From an uncultured Methanosarcinales archaeon (GTDB taxonomy: Archaea > Nanobdellota > Nanobdellia > Woesearchaeales > CAYNLP01): 64,000 nt of DNA. Both the position numbers and the translations under genes were made by a program. Location of the stretch: contig CAYNLP010000004.1 in the NCBI GenBank assembly GCA_964398115.1, positions 1 to 64,000 on the forward strand, read 5' to 3'. Below are positions 39,719 to 50,237 of the stretch, piece by piece. The notes below the pieces were generated by a model, which was given only the letters and a program-made list of their open reading frames with translations, had not been told where the DNA came from and ran no database searches. The stretch's first letter is position 1. Each line of letters starts with the position of its first letter.

Positions 39719-40807
39719 ATGAGACGAACAATCCTTTCCTTACTAATAATCGGCTTGCTTGCACTAGCAGCATGTTCACAACCACAGCAGTCAAAAACAA
39801 CGGCTGAGATGGAACTAGTCCGGTGGGATGCGTTCACCACTCCAAACAATGCTGTGACTAAAATACACATTGAACGTGGAAAACTAACCTACACGACTTT
39901 CAACAGAGAAGGAGAACAAACCCTAGAAGTGGAGAAGAACTTGTCAGAACAAGATTATCAAAACCTAGTTAATGATTTCAAAAATGCAAACTTCCAACAA
40001 CAACCAAACACTATAAATCCGGACGCTCAAGTAGCCGATGTGGGTAAAGGAAACATAACCTACAAAGAAGATGGACAGACCAAAACCGTGACGATAGATC
40101 CATTCTATCCTGTAGAACTATCACAAGGGATGCAAGACATCATCGACCGATTCCAAGACTTGCAAATGCACGCGATGTCGATGACAAACAAAGAAGCAGA
40201 AAAGATGGCTGAAAAATGGATAAAACAAAGTCCAACGTACGCATACGACGGATACGACCTCGAATTAGAAAACCATCACGTTTTAGAAAGCTTCCCAGAA
40301 CAACACGTCCTAACCTACTCTTTCAAAAGCAGACATGGAGGATACGGTAATAGAAGCGGGCAGATGGTGACACAAGTAATAACACCACACAACATCACAG
40401 TAAGGATAGAGCAAAGAAAAGTAGTGTCCGCCGTTATTGACAACCAATGGGATGAGATAGAACAAAAACCCCTACAGCAAGAAAACATGGAAGTAAAATA
40501 CCAACCAATGCAGTGTCAAAAAACACCATGGCAAGAATGGTACGAAGAAGGTAACGGGCAATTTGTAGATGAACCTTCACAAGTAGAACTCATTCAGGCT
40601 TACTACAGCAGTCAAGGGGTAGAGATAAACAATGTGGAAGAAAGGCAAAATGAAGGAGCAGTTTGTCAAGCTTGCGACGTCTGCCCCGCCATTAATTACT
40701 ATGTAGGAAATCCTGGAGAAGGCTCGTTGGAAGAACTGCAAACAGACGGATGGGAGCAAGTAAACACGGAAAGCACAACTTCAAAAACCACAGGGGAAAC
40801 AATTTAA
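39719..40807 (+). CDS. secreted lipoprotein
   Basis: LAAC lipobox, SPTY.YDG...F.S.HGGYG.R domain and C-terminal Cys-rich module. Confidence 0.7.
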   Translation: MRRTILSLLIIGLLALAACSQPQQSKTTAEMELVRWDAFTTPNNAVTKIHIERGKLTYTTFNREGEQTLEVEKNLSEQDYQNLVNDFKNANFQQQPNTINPDAQVADVGKGNITYKEDGQTKTVTIDPFYPVELSQGMQDIIDRFQDLQMHAMSMTNKEAEKMAEKWIKQSPTYAYDGYDLELENHHVLESFPEQHVLTYSFKSRHGGYGNRSGQMVTQVITPHNITVRIEQRKVVSAVIDNQWDEIEQKPLQQENMEVKYQPMQCQKTPWQEWYEEGNGQFVDEPSQVELIQAYYSSQGVEINNVEERQNEGAVCQACDVCPAINYYVGNPGEGSLEELQTDGWEQVNTESTTSKTTGETI

Positions 40808-40834
40808 AAACCTTATTTTCTTCTTTTCTATTTC

Positions 40835-41538
40835 ATGAAACAAGGTTGTTGGACATACGCAAAAAACCGTTAACTCCACAATTAAAAGACATACAAGACA
40901 TTGGATTCGACTATGCAGAAGTAGGATTAGCAGAACTAGAATCTTTAACACCTGAATATAAAGACTTACCGAATTACATACCTATAGAAGCAGCGCACCT
41001 ACCTGAAATCGACTTTTCTAGAAAAGATGTTCAAAAAATTAAAACTTTCATCCAAGAATTTGATGCAGAAATTTTTATAATACACGCTTATAGTCCAGAC
41101 ATTTCTACGGAAAAACATTTTGAGAAAAAAGTTGATGTCTTAGGAGAACTTGCAATGATGGCTGTGGAGCAAGATAAAAAACTGGTTATAGAAAACACTA
41201 TAGAAAAACCAGATACTATGAAGGAATTATTGGATGAAATTCCAGAAACAGGTTACTGTCTTGATATAGGACATGCCAATCTAAGTCCTCATCCAATAAA
41301 AGAATACATTGAAGGATTAGGTGAGAGATTAATCCACATACATGCTTCAGACAACTTAGGAGGTTCAGGCGAAGAAAAAGATTTGCACCTACCAGTAGCG
41401 TCAGGATCGATAAACTTTAGAAAAATAGTGCAAAAGTTGAAAGACGTAAACTTTGACGGTAGAGTAACTCACGAAATTAGAACTTTCGATAAAGACTATA
41501 GAAAATTAAGCATGGAAAAATGGTTAGAACTCTATTAA
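40835..41538 (+). CDS. sugar-phosphate isomerase/AP-endonuclease-2 TIM barrel, apparent -1 frameshift near the start
   Basis: GFDYAE, IEN, CLDIGHA, HIHASDN and DLHLP motifs. The best ATG (40835) is out of frame with the body across A6 at 40861-40866. Confidence 0.75.
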
Positions 41539-43767
41539 ACGAATTCCTTCTTTTTCTGAATAACGGACAAAGTTTTGATAAGTCCCATGAATGGTTAAAG
41601 TGTCGCTGTCTCCAACCACTATAAGCTTTCTCTTCGCTCTGGTTAACGCCACATTCAACCTTCTCACATCTTTCAAGAAACCTATCTGTCCCGAGTCATT
41701 ACTTCTCGTCAACGAAATTATAACAACCTCTTTCTCTCTACCCTGAAAACCATCCACGGTTTTAATCTCCAAATCTTCACCATCAATCATCCGGTTAAGA
41801 AGATCAACCTGATCGTCATAAGGACTGATAACAGCCAAGTCCTCATCATCCAAACCAGACTTCCTTAAATTCTCTACTATATCCTTAACTTTTTCCGCTT
41901 CTCCAGGATTTTCCTTACTCGTACTTCCAGGCGGAGTCCTCTCAGAAAATCCCTTCAACTTAGTATCTAAGAAAACAAACGGTTCAGTAGGATTTAAAAC
42001 AGGTTGCCAATCACTACCTAATTCGTTAATATCAAATCTAAGATCAGAAAGTGTGTGAGTCTTAACAGAATCATCCGCAACTAATTCGCCATCGTAAAAT
42101 TCATTGTTGCTGAAATTCATGATTTTCTCATGCATCCGATACTGTACGGTTAACAAATCCTTGATTTCAGGATGTTCCTCAGCGAGTCTTTCAAACAAAG
42201 TATCTTCCAAGCCTTGGCTAGCCGCTTCTTGACTTTTGACAGTGGGAGGTAGTTGCTTGTGATCCCCCGCCATGACAACTTTCCTGCCATGAGTTATTGG
42301 AATTATACAACTTGGTTCCGTCGCTTGCGTGGCTTCATCAATAACAACAACGTCAAACATTTTACCCTCTATTAATTCACTACCCGCCGTGGAGTTAGTG
42401 GTACAAACCACATCTGCTTCTTCAATAACCTCATCAACTGCTTCATCTCTTAACTCATCACTCCTTTCGAACAACCTATCAGCTTCTTCTTGAACTTTCA
42501 ACCATTCAGCCATTTCTTTAATCTTGTCAGGACTCACCCCTCTACTCCCTCTACCCTTTTCAGCTAAACTCTTTATCTGCTCGTCGCTCATACCTCTACG
42601 ATAACGCCCACTCGGATGGGTAAGAGAGTCTTGTTTCTCTTTCAAACTAAATGCTTTTTCCCTTAGCTTTTCTGACTCTTGATATTCTTCTTTCTCTTCT
42701 ACCAAGTTATCCAAAGTATGTTCTCTTAACTTTGGCGTGACCCTAGCAGGATGTCCTACTCTGACAGCGTCTACACCTTGATCTAGTAGGAATTCTAGTA
42801 TGTTGTCAACTGCGATGTTAGAATCTGCCGTTGCTAATACACTTTGCTCTCTTTCTATAAATTGCTCGATTACTTCGATACAAGTTGTTGTCTTACCCGT
42901 ACCGGGAGGTCCATGAATGAGGTGGAAATCTTCATCTCCTAAAGCCCTCTCTACAGCATTCTTTTGAGATTCGTTCAAATCTTCATTAAACCAGTTATCA
43001 ACATCTACAGGATTTGGTTCTTGAGGATTTTCCAAACCCGTCATTATCTTTCTCAACTTCAACATATCCTCATCAGCAGCTCGTACTTTTTCCAACGCGT
43101 CTTTCATACGTTGATAAGTGATGTCATTAACGTATAAGTCCATTCGAAGATTCTTTCCGAACACGAAGCTTTTCGGCTTGCCATCAAACGCCACCGTTAC
43201 TGAATAATTAGTTTTTTCCACAACAGTACCAGTAGGATTGTCATCACGCAACGGATCTTTCTTAGAAATCATAACCAAGTCGCCCACACCTATCTCTGTT
43301 TCAGGCAATTCTTCACCTTTACGATTACGCATAAACTTAACCAAATAACCTGCAAGAGTTTCTCCTTCATCTCTACTTCTCAAATGAAGTATCGCCTTCC
43401 CCTCGTTTTCTCTTTCCTTTCCTGAAAGTTTACGAATACTTTCTCTGTGTTGTCGCATCTCTTCTTCTCTTTCCATCTCAACTAATTCTCGGAACTTTTC
43501 AACATAATAATTAATTTGATCCCTATGTCTAGACTCATCTTCTCTCATCTTCCTAACGGAAACGTTGGAATTTCCGATAGTGACTCCATCTAGTTGAGCT
43601 TCTAAGAACTTAATAGCGTCTTCTGGCACTTCAACCACTGCTTGAGATTTCAAAATTTTAATTTCTCCAACTTTGTCCGGATCTACTTCTGTCTCATTTC
43701 CTATAGCTCCTAGTATGTCGCCAGGACCTTCATTTTCTAATCCGTTAATTATTATATGTTCCATCAA
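41524..43767 (-). CDS. IGHMBP2/Upf1-like SF1 helicase with N-terminal DbpA-type RNA-binding domain
   Basis: [35 protein letters not shown] and [12 protein letters not shown]-terminal [10 protein letters not shown]. Confidence 0.9.
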   Translation of the reverse strand: MMEHIIINGLENEGPGDILGAIGNETEVDPDKVGEIKILKSQAVVEVPEDAIKFLEAQLDGVTIGNSNVSVRKMREDESRHRDQINYYVEKFRELVEMEREEEMRQHRESIRKLSGKERENEGKAILHLRSRDEGETLAGYLVKFMRNRKGEELPETEIGVGDLVMISKKDPLRDDNPTGTVVEKTNYSVTVAFDGKPKSFVFGKNLRMDLYVNDITYQRMKDALEKVRAADEDMLKLRKIMTGLENPQEPNPVDVDNWFNEDLNESQKNAVERALGDEDFHLIHGPPGTGKTTTCIEVIEQFIEREQSVLATADSNIAVDNILEFLLDQGVDAVRVGHPARVTPKLREHTLDNLVEEKEEYQESEKLREKAFSLKEKQDSLTHPSGRYRRGMSDEQIKSLAEKGRGSRGVSPDKIKEMAEWLKVQEEADRLFERSDELRDEAVDEVIEEADVVCTTNSTAGSELIEGKMFDVVVIDEATQATEPSCIIPITHGRKVVMAGDHKQLPPTVKSQEAASQGLEDTLFERLAEEHPEIKDLLTVQYRMHEKIMNFSNNEFYDGELVADDSVKTHTLSDLRFDINELGSDWQPVLNPTEPFVFLDTKLKGFSERTPPGSTSKENPGEAEKVKDIVENLRKSGLDDEDLAVISPYDDQVDLLNRMIDGEDLEIKTVDGFQGREKEVVIISLTRSNDSGQIGFLKDVRRLNVALTRAKRKLIVVGDSDTLTIHGTYQNFVRYSEKEGIRLIEF

Positions 43768-43815
43768 GGAGTTACAGTTAGATTTGGTTTTTAAAAAAGT
43801 AAAATTTGGACAGAT

Positions 43816-44187
43816 TTATGAAACCTTATTATAGGATGGACACTTAGAACAACTTCCTTCTTCACACTTTTCAGGCATTTCAAGATTGAGGTTTTGAGCT
43901 AAATCTTTAACATCTCTGAAGATATCCTTCAATTTTTGACCCGCACCAGTTATGGTGTAGAAAACCCTTTCATCTTCTTCTTTTCTTTCGATAAGTTTCA
44001 ATGATTCCAACTCTTTTAGTCGTTGAGATAAAAGCGTAGGATTTATCTTTCTGTTTGAGAGGTTGTGTAAATCGTTGAAACTCTTAGGTTCTTCAGTTAT
44101 GTTATGGAGAAGGCCGTAACTCCATTTTTTTCCAAACAATTCGTAAAGTCTTAACACGTCGCAATTCATATTCTTTAATTCTTTCAC
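43816..44187 (-). CDS. HxlR-family transcriptional regulator
   Basis: C......LFGKKW, LSQRLKELE and Y.IT..G motifs. Confidence 0.85.
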   Translation of the reverse strand: MKELKNMNCDVLRLYELFGKKWSYGLLHNITEEPKSFNDLHNLSNRKINPTLLSQRLKELESLKLIERKEEDERVFYTITGAGQKLKDIFRDVKDLAQNLNLEMPEKCEEGSCSKCPSYNKVS

Positions 44188-44251
44188 TACATATTTTTGT
44201 AGTTGGGTTTTAAGAATGATTTATTTATTTTTATACTTTGAGGTGGAGATA

Positions 44252-44854
44252 GTGAAGAAAAAATTAATTTTTCTAATACTGATAGCATCAATCTTTGCAG
44301 GGATGATCGGAGGTTACTCTTATCAAGAATTGAAGGATAAAAATGATATCGCTGAATGGTATGCGGAAGAAACCGCAACGGTAGTCAGCCCTCATCATAT
44401 AAGGAAAGCCATAGCGAAGAAGAGCGACGACTTCATATTGGTGGATTTGAGAAGTTCTGAAGAGTACAAAAGGGAGCATATTGTCGGTGCTGTTAACATA
44501 CCGGCTTACAAGGATCCAGATACTTCTGCTTATGGAGATGAAGAGAGGATGGTGTCGGCTTTCGAAGAATTAAAAAAGAACGCTGGACAGAAAGATATAA
44601 TAGTCTATTGCTATAGTGACCCTTGTATGACAGGAGAAAAAGTTGGAAATATGCTAGCGGAACACGGAATTTATGTAAAGGAACTTGGAATCGGCTGGAA
44701 CGAGTGGAGATATCACTGGGAAGTGTGGAATCACGAGCACGAGTGGAATCAGACTAACGTTTCATCTTACGTTGTTTCTGGTGATAGGCCTGGAAACTAC
44801 ACGGGTAAGTTGAAAGGTAGTGGTTGTGGTATAGAAGGAGGTTTCAGATGTTAG
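44252..44854 (+). CDS. rhodanese-like domain protein (exported/anchored)
   Basis: LVDLRS..EY...HI.GA.NIP and IVYCY, with an N-terminal TM segment. Confidence 0.8.
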   Translation: MKKKLIFLILIASIFAGMIGGYSYQELKDKNDIAEWYAEETATVVSPHHIRKAIAKKSDDFILVDLRSSEEYKREHIVGAVNIPAYKDPDTSAYGDEERMVSAFEELKKNAGQKDIIVYCYSDPCMTGEKVGNMLAEHGIYVKELGIGWNEWRYHWEVWNHEHEWNQTNVSSYVVSGDRPGNYTGKLKGSGCGIEGGFRC

Positions 44855-45862
44855 ATGAAGATAGCATTTTTTGAATTAGAAGACTGGCAGAAAGAGGAGG
44901 TTAAAGAAAGATTAGGTGAGCATGAGTTACAATTCTTTGATGAACCTCTTTCTGACGATAACGTTTCTGAGGCAGAAGATGCTGATGCAATAGCTATCTT
45001 CATATATTCCGAAGCTAGTGAAGAAATACTTTCGCGATTTGAAAACTTGAAGCTTATCTCGACGATGAGTACAGGGTTTGACCATATAGATCTGGAGTAT
45101 TGTAAGGAAAATGAAATAACTGTTTGTAACGTACCAACTTATGGAGAAAATACCGTGGCAGAACACACTTTTGCATTGATACTTGCCCTGTCAAGAAAAC
45201 TATATCCTTCTATAGAAAGGACAAGAGAAGAACACACTTTCCAAACGGATAGAAGCTTAAGAGGATTCGATCTGAAAGATAAGACCTTGGGGATAATTGG
45301 CTGTGGAAATATCGGGCAGCACACGGCTAGGATGGCTAACGGTTTCGAAATGAATATCAAAGTTTTCGACGTTAACCAAAATCCTGAACTTGCTGAAAAA
45401 ATAGGTTTCGAATATGTAGATATGGATGAATTACTCTCAACATCCAACATTATAACTTTACACGTCCCCTTAAATAAACACACCTATCACATGATTGATG
45501 AAGAAGCTATAGAGAAGATGAAAGAAGGAGTTTACATAGTAAACACTTCACGAGGAGAGGTTATAGATACCAACGCTTTAGTAGAAGGTTTGCAAAATGG
45601 CGAAATAGCTGGAGCGGGTTTGGACGTTTTGGAAGGTGAAGGAGAATTACAAGAAGAAGCTGCAGTTCTAAAACAAGAATACAAGGAAGAACACGACTTG
45701 AGAACTTTACTGCAAGATCATATGATGATGAAAATGGATAATGTTATTATCACACCTCATAACGCTTTCAACAGTCGAGAAGCGTTGATGAGGATTTTAA
45801 ACACTACAATCGAAAATGTTCAGGGTTTCGATTCAGGTAACGTTGTAAATGAGGTGAGTTGA
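44855..45862 (+). CDS. D-2-hydroxyacid (D-lactate) dehydrogenase
   Basis: STGFDHID, VAEH, GCGNIG, NTSRG, LDVLEGE and TPHNAF motifs. Confidence 0.9.
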   Translation: MKIAFFELEDWQKEEVKERLGEHELQFFDEPLSDDNVSEAEDADAIAIFIYSEASEEILSRFENLKLISTMSTGFDHIDLEYCKENEITVCNVPTYGENTVAEHTFALILALSRKLYPSIERTREEHTFQTDRSLRGFDLKDKTLGIIGCGNIGQHTARMANGFEMNIKVFDVNQNPELAEKIGFEYVDMDELLSTSNIITLHVPLNKHTYHMIDEEAIEKMKEGVYIVNTSRGEVIDTNALVEGLQNGEIAGAGLDVLEGEGELQEEAAVLKQEYKEEHDLRTLLQDHMMMKMDNVIITPHNAFNSREALMRILNTTIENVQGFDSGNVVNEVS

Positions 45863-45863
45863 A

Positions 45864-48260
45864 TTGGATTTTGTACGCTGGTTTGACCAGCTTGGAATGG
45901 GAGACGTAGACCTTGTTGGTGGTAAAAACGCTAGCTTGGGTGAAATGTATCAAAACCTTACCGAGCGAGGAGTTAACATTCCTAACGGTTTTGCAATTAC
46001 AGCCGACACCTACTTTTACATCTTAGAACAAAACAACGCTAAAGATAAGATTAGAGAATTACTTGGTGATCTTGACACTTCTAACATGCATAACTTGCAG
46101 AAGAGAGGTCGTAAAGTACGAGCCTTGATTCGAAATATAGAATTTCCAAAAAGAGTTCGACAAGCAATAGTTGAAAATTATCAGAACTTGTGTGAAGCCT
46201 ACAGCATGGATGAAGTAGACGTAGCCGTTAGAAGTAGCGCGACAGCGGAAGACTTACCTGATGCGAGTTTTGCCGGACAGCAAGAAACTTACCTTAATGT
46301 GAAGGGAGAACGGGAATTGTTAGAAGCGTGCAAGAAATGCTTTGCTTCACTCTTCACCAATAGAGCAATTAGTTATAGAGAAGATAAAGGTTTTAACCAT
46401 TTCAACGTGGGACTTAGCGTTGGAGTGCAAAAAATGGTGAGATCGGATAAAGCAAGTAGCGGTGTTATGTTTAGTATTGATACTGAATCCGGATTTAGAG
46501 ACGTCGTGTTCATAACCGGTGCGTGGGGATTGGGCGAAAACGTTGTGAAAGGAGCTGTAAATCCTGACGAATATTATGTGCATAAACCTACTTTGAAAGA
46601 AGGACACCGTCCTATCGTTAGTAAGAAATCTGGTAGTAAAGAGATAATGATGGTTTATGATTTGGACAGTAATCAAACCACTACTAAGGATAAGAAAGTG
46701 CCAAAAGAGATGAGAGAAAAACTTGTTTTGAATGATGAAGAAGTATTGCAACTTGCAGAGTGGGCGTGTGAAATTGAAGAATACTATAGTGAAGAAAGAG
46801 ATAAGTTTACTCCTATGGATATGGAGTGGGCTAAAGATGGAGAAACTGGTGAATTGTTTATAGTCCAAGCTCGACCTGAAACGGTGCACAGCCAAGAGGG
46901 TAATGTGGTTAAAAAATACCATTTGAATGAAGAAAGTGAAAAGATTACGATGGGGCAAAGCGTGGGGGAAAGAATTGGAAGTGGTAATGCGAAGGTGATT
47001 AAGGATCCTCAAGAGATTGACAAATTTGAGGAAGGAGAAGTTTTAGTTACGGATATGACGGATCCAGATTGGGAGCCTATAATGAAAATGGCTAGTGCGA
47101 TTGTTACGAATAGAGGAGGACGCACTTGTCACGCGGCTATCATATCGAGAGAGTTAGGAATTCCCTGCATAGTTGGGACAGAAAACGGTACGAAAGTGAT
47201 TGATTCCGGTAATGGGGTCACTATTGACTGCAGTCAAGGAGAAGAAGGAGTTGTGTGGAGAGGATTGCTTGATTTCGATGTTGAACAAATGGACTTAGGA
47301 GAAATTCCGTCTACAGAAACTGGTGTAATGGTAAATATTGGAAATCCTGAGCAAGCGTTTAAGTTTGGTCAGCTACCTCACGACGGGGTTGGACTTGCAC
47401 GGGAAGAATTCATAACTAGCAGTAATATTGGAGTCCACCCACTTGCTTTGTTAAATTATGACAGTTTAGAGTTTGAACTTCAAAAACAAATAGAAGAGAG
47501 GCTTGGAAGGTATGATGATAAAAAGCAGTTCTTTATAGAAGAACTCGCTCAAGGAATTGGGACAATCGCTGCTGCTTTCTATCCAGAGCCTGTAATTGTG
47601 AGGATGAGTGATTTCAAAAGTAATGAATATGCTGATTTGATAGGTGGTGAGTGTTTTGAACCCGATGAGGAAAACCCTATGCTTGGATGGAGAGGTGCTT
47701 CCAGATACTACAGTGATGAATATAGTGAAGCTTTTAGTTTAGAGTGTGAAGCTTTTAAGAAAGTAATTAACGAGTTTGGTTTGGATAACGTCAAAGTTAT
47801 GATTCCTTTTGTGAGAACGCCAGAGGAAGGAAGAAAGGTCATTCAGGAATTGGAAAGCAATGGTTTAAACAAGGATTTTGTTGACATCATCGCAATGTGT
47901 GAAATCCCAAGTAATATTTTGAGAGCTGAAGAATTTCTAGAAGTGTTTGATGGTTTTAGTATTGGCAGTAATGACTTGACTCAACTCATATTAGGTATTG
48001 ATAGGGATAGCGGTTTAGTTTCTGACATTAGTGATGAGCGAGACCCTGCTGTTTTGAAAATGATAACGGAAGTTATTGAAAAAGCGAGGAGTAAAGGCAA
48101 GTATATAGGTATTTGTGGTCAAGCACCAAGTGATTTTCCGTTTGACGAGTTCGGTAAACACTTGGTCGACTCAGGTATTTCTAGCATTAGTTTGAATCCT
48201 GACAAAGTGGTTGAAATGATTTACAAAATTGCTGATTATGAACGAGATAACTCAGATTAA
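45864..48260 (+). CDS. ppsA: phosphoenolpyruvate synthase
   Basis: VGGKNASLGEM, SSATAEDLPDASFAGQQ, GGRTCHAAI and SIGSNDLTQ. TTG start after GAGGTGA. Confidence 0.96.
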   Translation: MDFVRWFDQLGMGDVDLVGGKNASLGEMYQNLTERGVNIPNGFAITADTYFYILEQNNAKDKIRELLGDLDTSNMHNLQKRGRKVRALIRNIEFPKRVRQAIVENYQNLCEAYSMDEVDVAVRSSATAEDLPDASFAGQQETYLNVKGERELLEACKKCFASLFTNRAISYREDKGFNHFNVGLSVGVQKMVRSDKASSGVMFSIDTESGFRDVVFITGAWGLGENVVKGAVNPDEYYVHKPTLKEGHRPIVSKKSGSKEIMMVYDLDSNQTTTKDKKVPKEMREKLVLNDEEVLQLAEWACEIEEYYSEERDKFTPMDMEWAKDGETGELFIVQARPETVHSQEGNVVKKYHLNEESEKITMGQSVGERIGSGNAKVIKDPQEIDKFEEGEVLVTDMTDPDWEPIMKMASAIVTNRGGRTCHAAIISRELGIPCIVGTENGTKVIDSGNGVTIDCSQGEEGVVWRGLLDFDVEQMDLGEIPSTETGVMVNIGNPEQAFKFGQLPHDGVGLAREEFITSSNIGVHPLALLNYDSLEFELQKQIEERLGRYDDKKQFFIEELAQGIGTIAAAFYPEPVIVRMSDFKSNEYADLIGGECFEPDEENPMLGWRGASRYYSDEYSEAFSLECEAFKKVINEFGLDNVKVMIPFVRTPEEGRKVIQELESNGLNKDFVDIIAMCEIPSNILRAEEFLEVFDGFSIGSNDLTQLILGIDRDSGLVSDISDERDPAVLKMITEVIEKARSKGKYIGICGQAPSDFPFDEFGKHLVDSGISSISLNPDKVVEMIYKIADYERDNSD

Positions 48261-49533
48261 AGCTAGGGAAGTATTGGATTCTAGAGGATGCCCTACTGTT
48301 GAAGTAGATGTTCATGTTGGAGATGTTATGGCTAGAGAAATGGTTCCTAGCGGTGCCAGCAAGGGGAGTCATGAAGCGTTAGAACTTCGAGATGGAGGCA
48401 AGAGATTTCACGGCTTAGGCGTGCAAAAAGCGGTTCGTAATGTGAACGAGTTTATAGCTCCGAAACTCATTGGAATGGATGTGACTGAGCAGAGAAAAAT
48501 TGATCATATGATGATTGAACTTGATGGTACGGAAAACAAGTCAAACCTTGGTGCTAATGCCATCATGGGTGTTAGCATTACGTGTGCTCGTGCGAGCGCA
48601 CTTGTTCAAGAGAGGAATTTCTTTGAGCACTTTGCAGACATGGTTGATAATAAAGATTATATTATTCCTACTCCTTTCATGAATATAATTAATGGTGGTG
48701 AACACGCAGATAACAACTTGGATTTTCAGGAATACATGATTGTTCCTTGTGGGAATACTTTTAAGGAATCTCTATGTATAGCAGCTGAAGTTTATCATGA
48801 ACTTCGTAGTTTGATTAAGGAAAGGTATGGCCCGTTCCAGGTTAACATTGGTGACGAGGGTGGTTTTTGTCCTAACTTGGAGAAGTATTATGAGCCTTTG
48901 GATTTAATTATGGATGTTATTGACCGGCTTGGATACGATGGTAAGGTGAAGTTGGCTGTTGACGCCGCTGCTAATTATTTCTATGAACATGGCAAGTATG
49001 AATTTTATAATGAGCGTCGTGACAAGGATGAAATGATGGAGATTTATGAAGAATTGATTGAAGATTATCCTTTGGTCAGTATTGAAGATCCTTTCCATGA
49101 AGATGACTTTGAAGCTTTTGCTGAGTTAACTGCAAAGTTTAAGGATGAGAGGGTTAACATCGTAGGTGATGACTTGTTGTGTACGAATGAAGAACGTATT
49201 CGTAAAGCTATTGATATGGATAGTTGCACGAATTTGTTGTTAAAAGTTAATCAAATCGGTACTGTTAGTGAAGCCGTAGATGCAGCATTGCTTGCATTGG
49301 AGAATGATTGGGATGTTATGGTAAGTCACAGAAGTGGTGAAACAGAGGATCATTTCATTGCAGACTTTGCCGTTGGTTTAAGTACGGGTCAGATCAAGGC
49401 TGGTGCTCCCTCAAGGGGTGAGAGAACCGCTAAGTATAATCAGCTTTTGAGATTAGAGGAGAAACTGGGGGAGAATTGCAGGTATCCTGGAAGTTCTTGT
49501 ATTAGAAGTTGTAACTTGCCGTACGACGAATAA
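48238..49533 (+). CDS. eno: enolase
   Basis: LDSRG.PTVE, VPSGAS, GDEGG, LLKVNQIG and SHRSGETED motifs. Confidence 0.96.
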   Translation: MNEITQIKAREVLDSRGCPTVEVDVHVGDVMAREMVPSGASKGSHEALELRDGGKRFHGLGVQKAVRNVNEFIAPKLIGMDVTEQRKIDHMMIELDGTENKSNLGANAIMGVSITCARASALVQERNFFEHFADMVDNKDYIIPTPFMNIINGGEHADNNLDFQEYMIVPCGNTFKESLCIAAEVYHELRSLIKERYGPFQVNIGDEGGFCPNLEKYYEPLDLIMDVIDRLGYDGKVKLAVDAAANYFYEHGKYEFYNERRDKDEMMEIYEELIEDYPLVSIEDPFHEDDFEAFAELTAKFKDERVNIVGDDLLCTNEERIRKAIDMDSCTNLLLKVNQIGTVSEAVDAALLALENDWDVMVSHRSGETEDHFIADFAVGLSTGQIKAGAPSRGERTAKYNQLLRLEEKLGENCRYPGSSCIRSCNLPYDE

Positions 49534-49567
49534 TTTTTTATACTTGATTGTTGTATCCTCTCTTGTT

Positions 49568-50209
49568 ATGGATGTTGAGAAAGTTTTAGCTGGGGTTTCT
49601 TACTTCATCAGGTTGTCCTTGCTTATAGCTGTTGGCGTTTCCATATGGGAAGGTAAATGGATGACTTTCTTCATATCTGTAGTTGTATTCCTACTTACTT
49701 TCTTACCAGCCTGGATTGAGGATAACTATCTCATTTCTCTACCGTTAGAATTTGAGTTTGTAATTATATTTTTCATCTATGCAACTCTTTACTTGGGCGA
49801 GGTGCAAGAATTTTATTTCAGATTTTGGTGGTGGGATATCTTCCTACACGGGATTTCTGCACTCGTATTCGGATTTATAGGATTCTTAATAGTTTATACT
49901 TTAACCTCGGAGCAAGGTGTAAAAGTGGATTTAAGTCCTGAGTTTATTTTCTTGTTCAGCTTTGCTTTTGCTATAATGATTGGCGCGGTTTGGGAAATCT
50001 ATGAATTTGCAATGGACGTCGGCTTTGGTTTAAACATGCAAAAGAGTGGTTTGGTAGATACCATGTGGGATTTAATCATCGATGCTGTGGGTGCTTTGAT
50101 AGCTAGCCTTTCCGGTTACCTTTATGTGAAGGGTGGGGAGACTCACTGGTTTGAAGACTTAGTACAAAAGTTTGCGGAGAAGAATCCTGAAATGTTTGGA
50201 AAAGGTTAA
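49568..50209 (+). CDS. membrane protein (DUF2238/VanZ-like)
   Basis: WWWD..LH, GAVWEIYEF..D and SGLVDTMWDL motifs. Confidence 0.7.
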   Translation: MDVEKVLAGVSYFIRLSLLIAVGVSIWEGKWMTFFISVVVFLLTFLPAWIEDNYLISLPLEFEFVIIFFIYATLYLGEVQEFYFRFWWWDIFLHGISALVFGFIGFLIVYTLTSEQGVKVDLSPEFIFLFSFAFAIMIGAVWEIYEFAMDVGFGLNMQKSGLVDTMWDLIIDAVGALIASLSGYLYVKGGETHWFEDLVQKFAEKNPEMFGKG

Positions 50210-50237
50210 AAAGTGCTAATCGGATAAATATTTTTTT

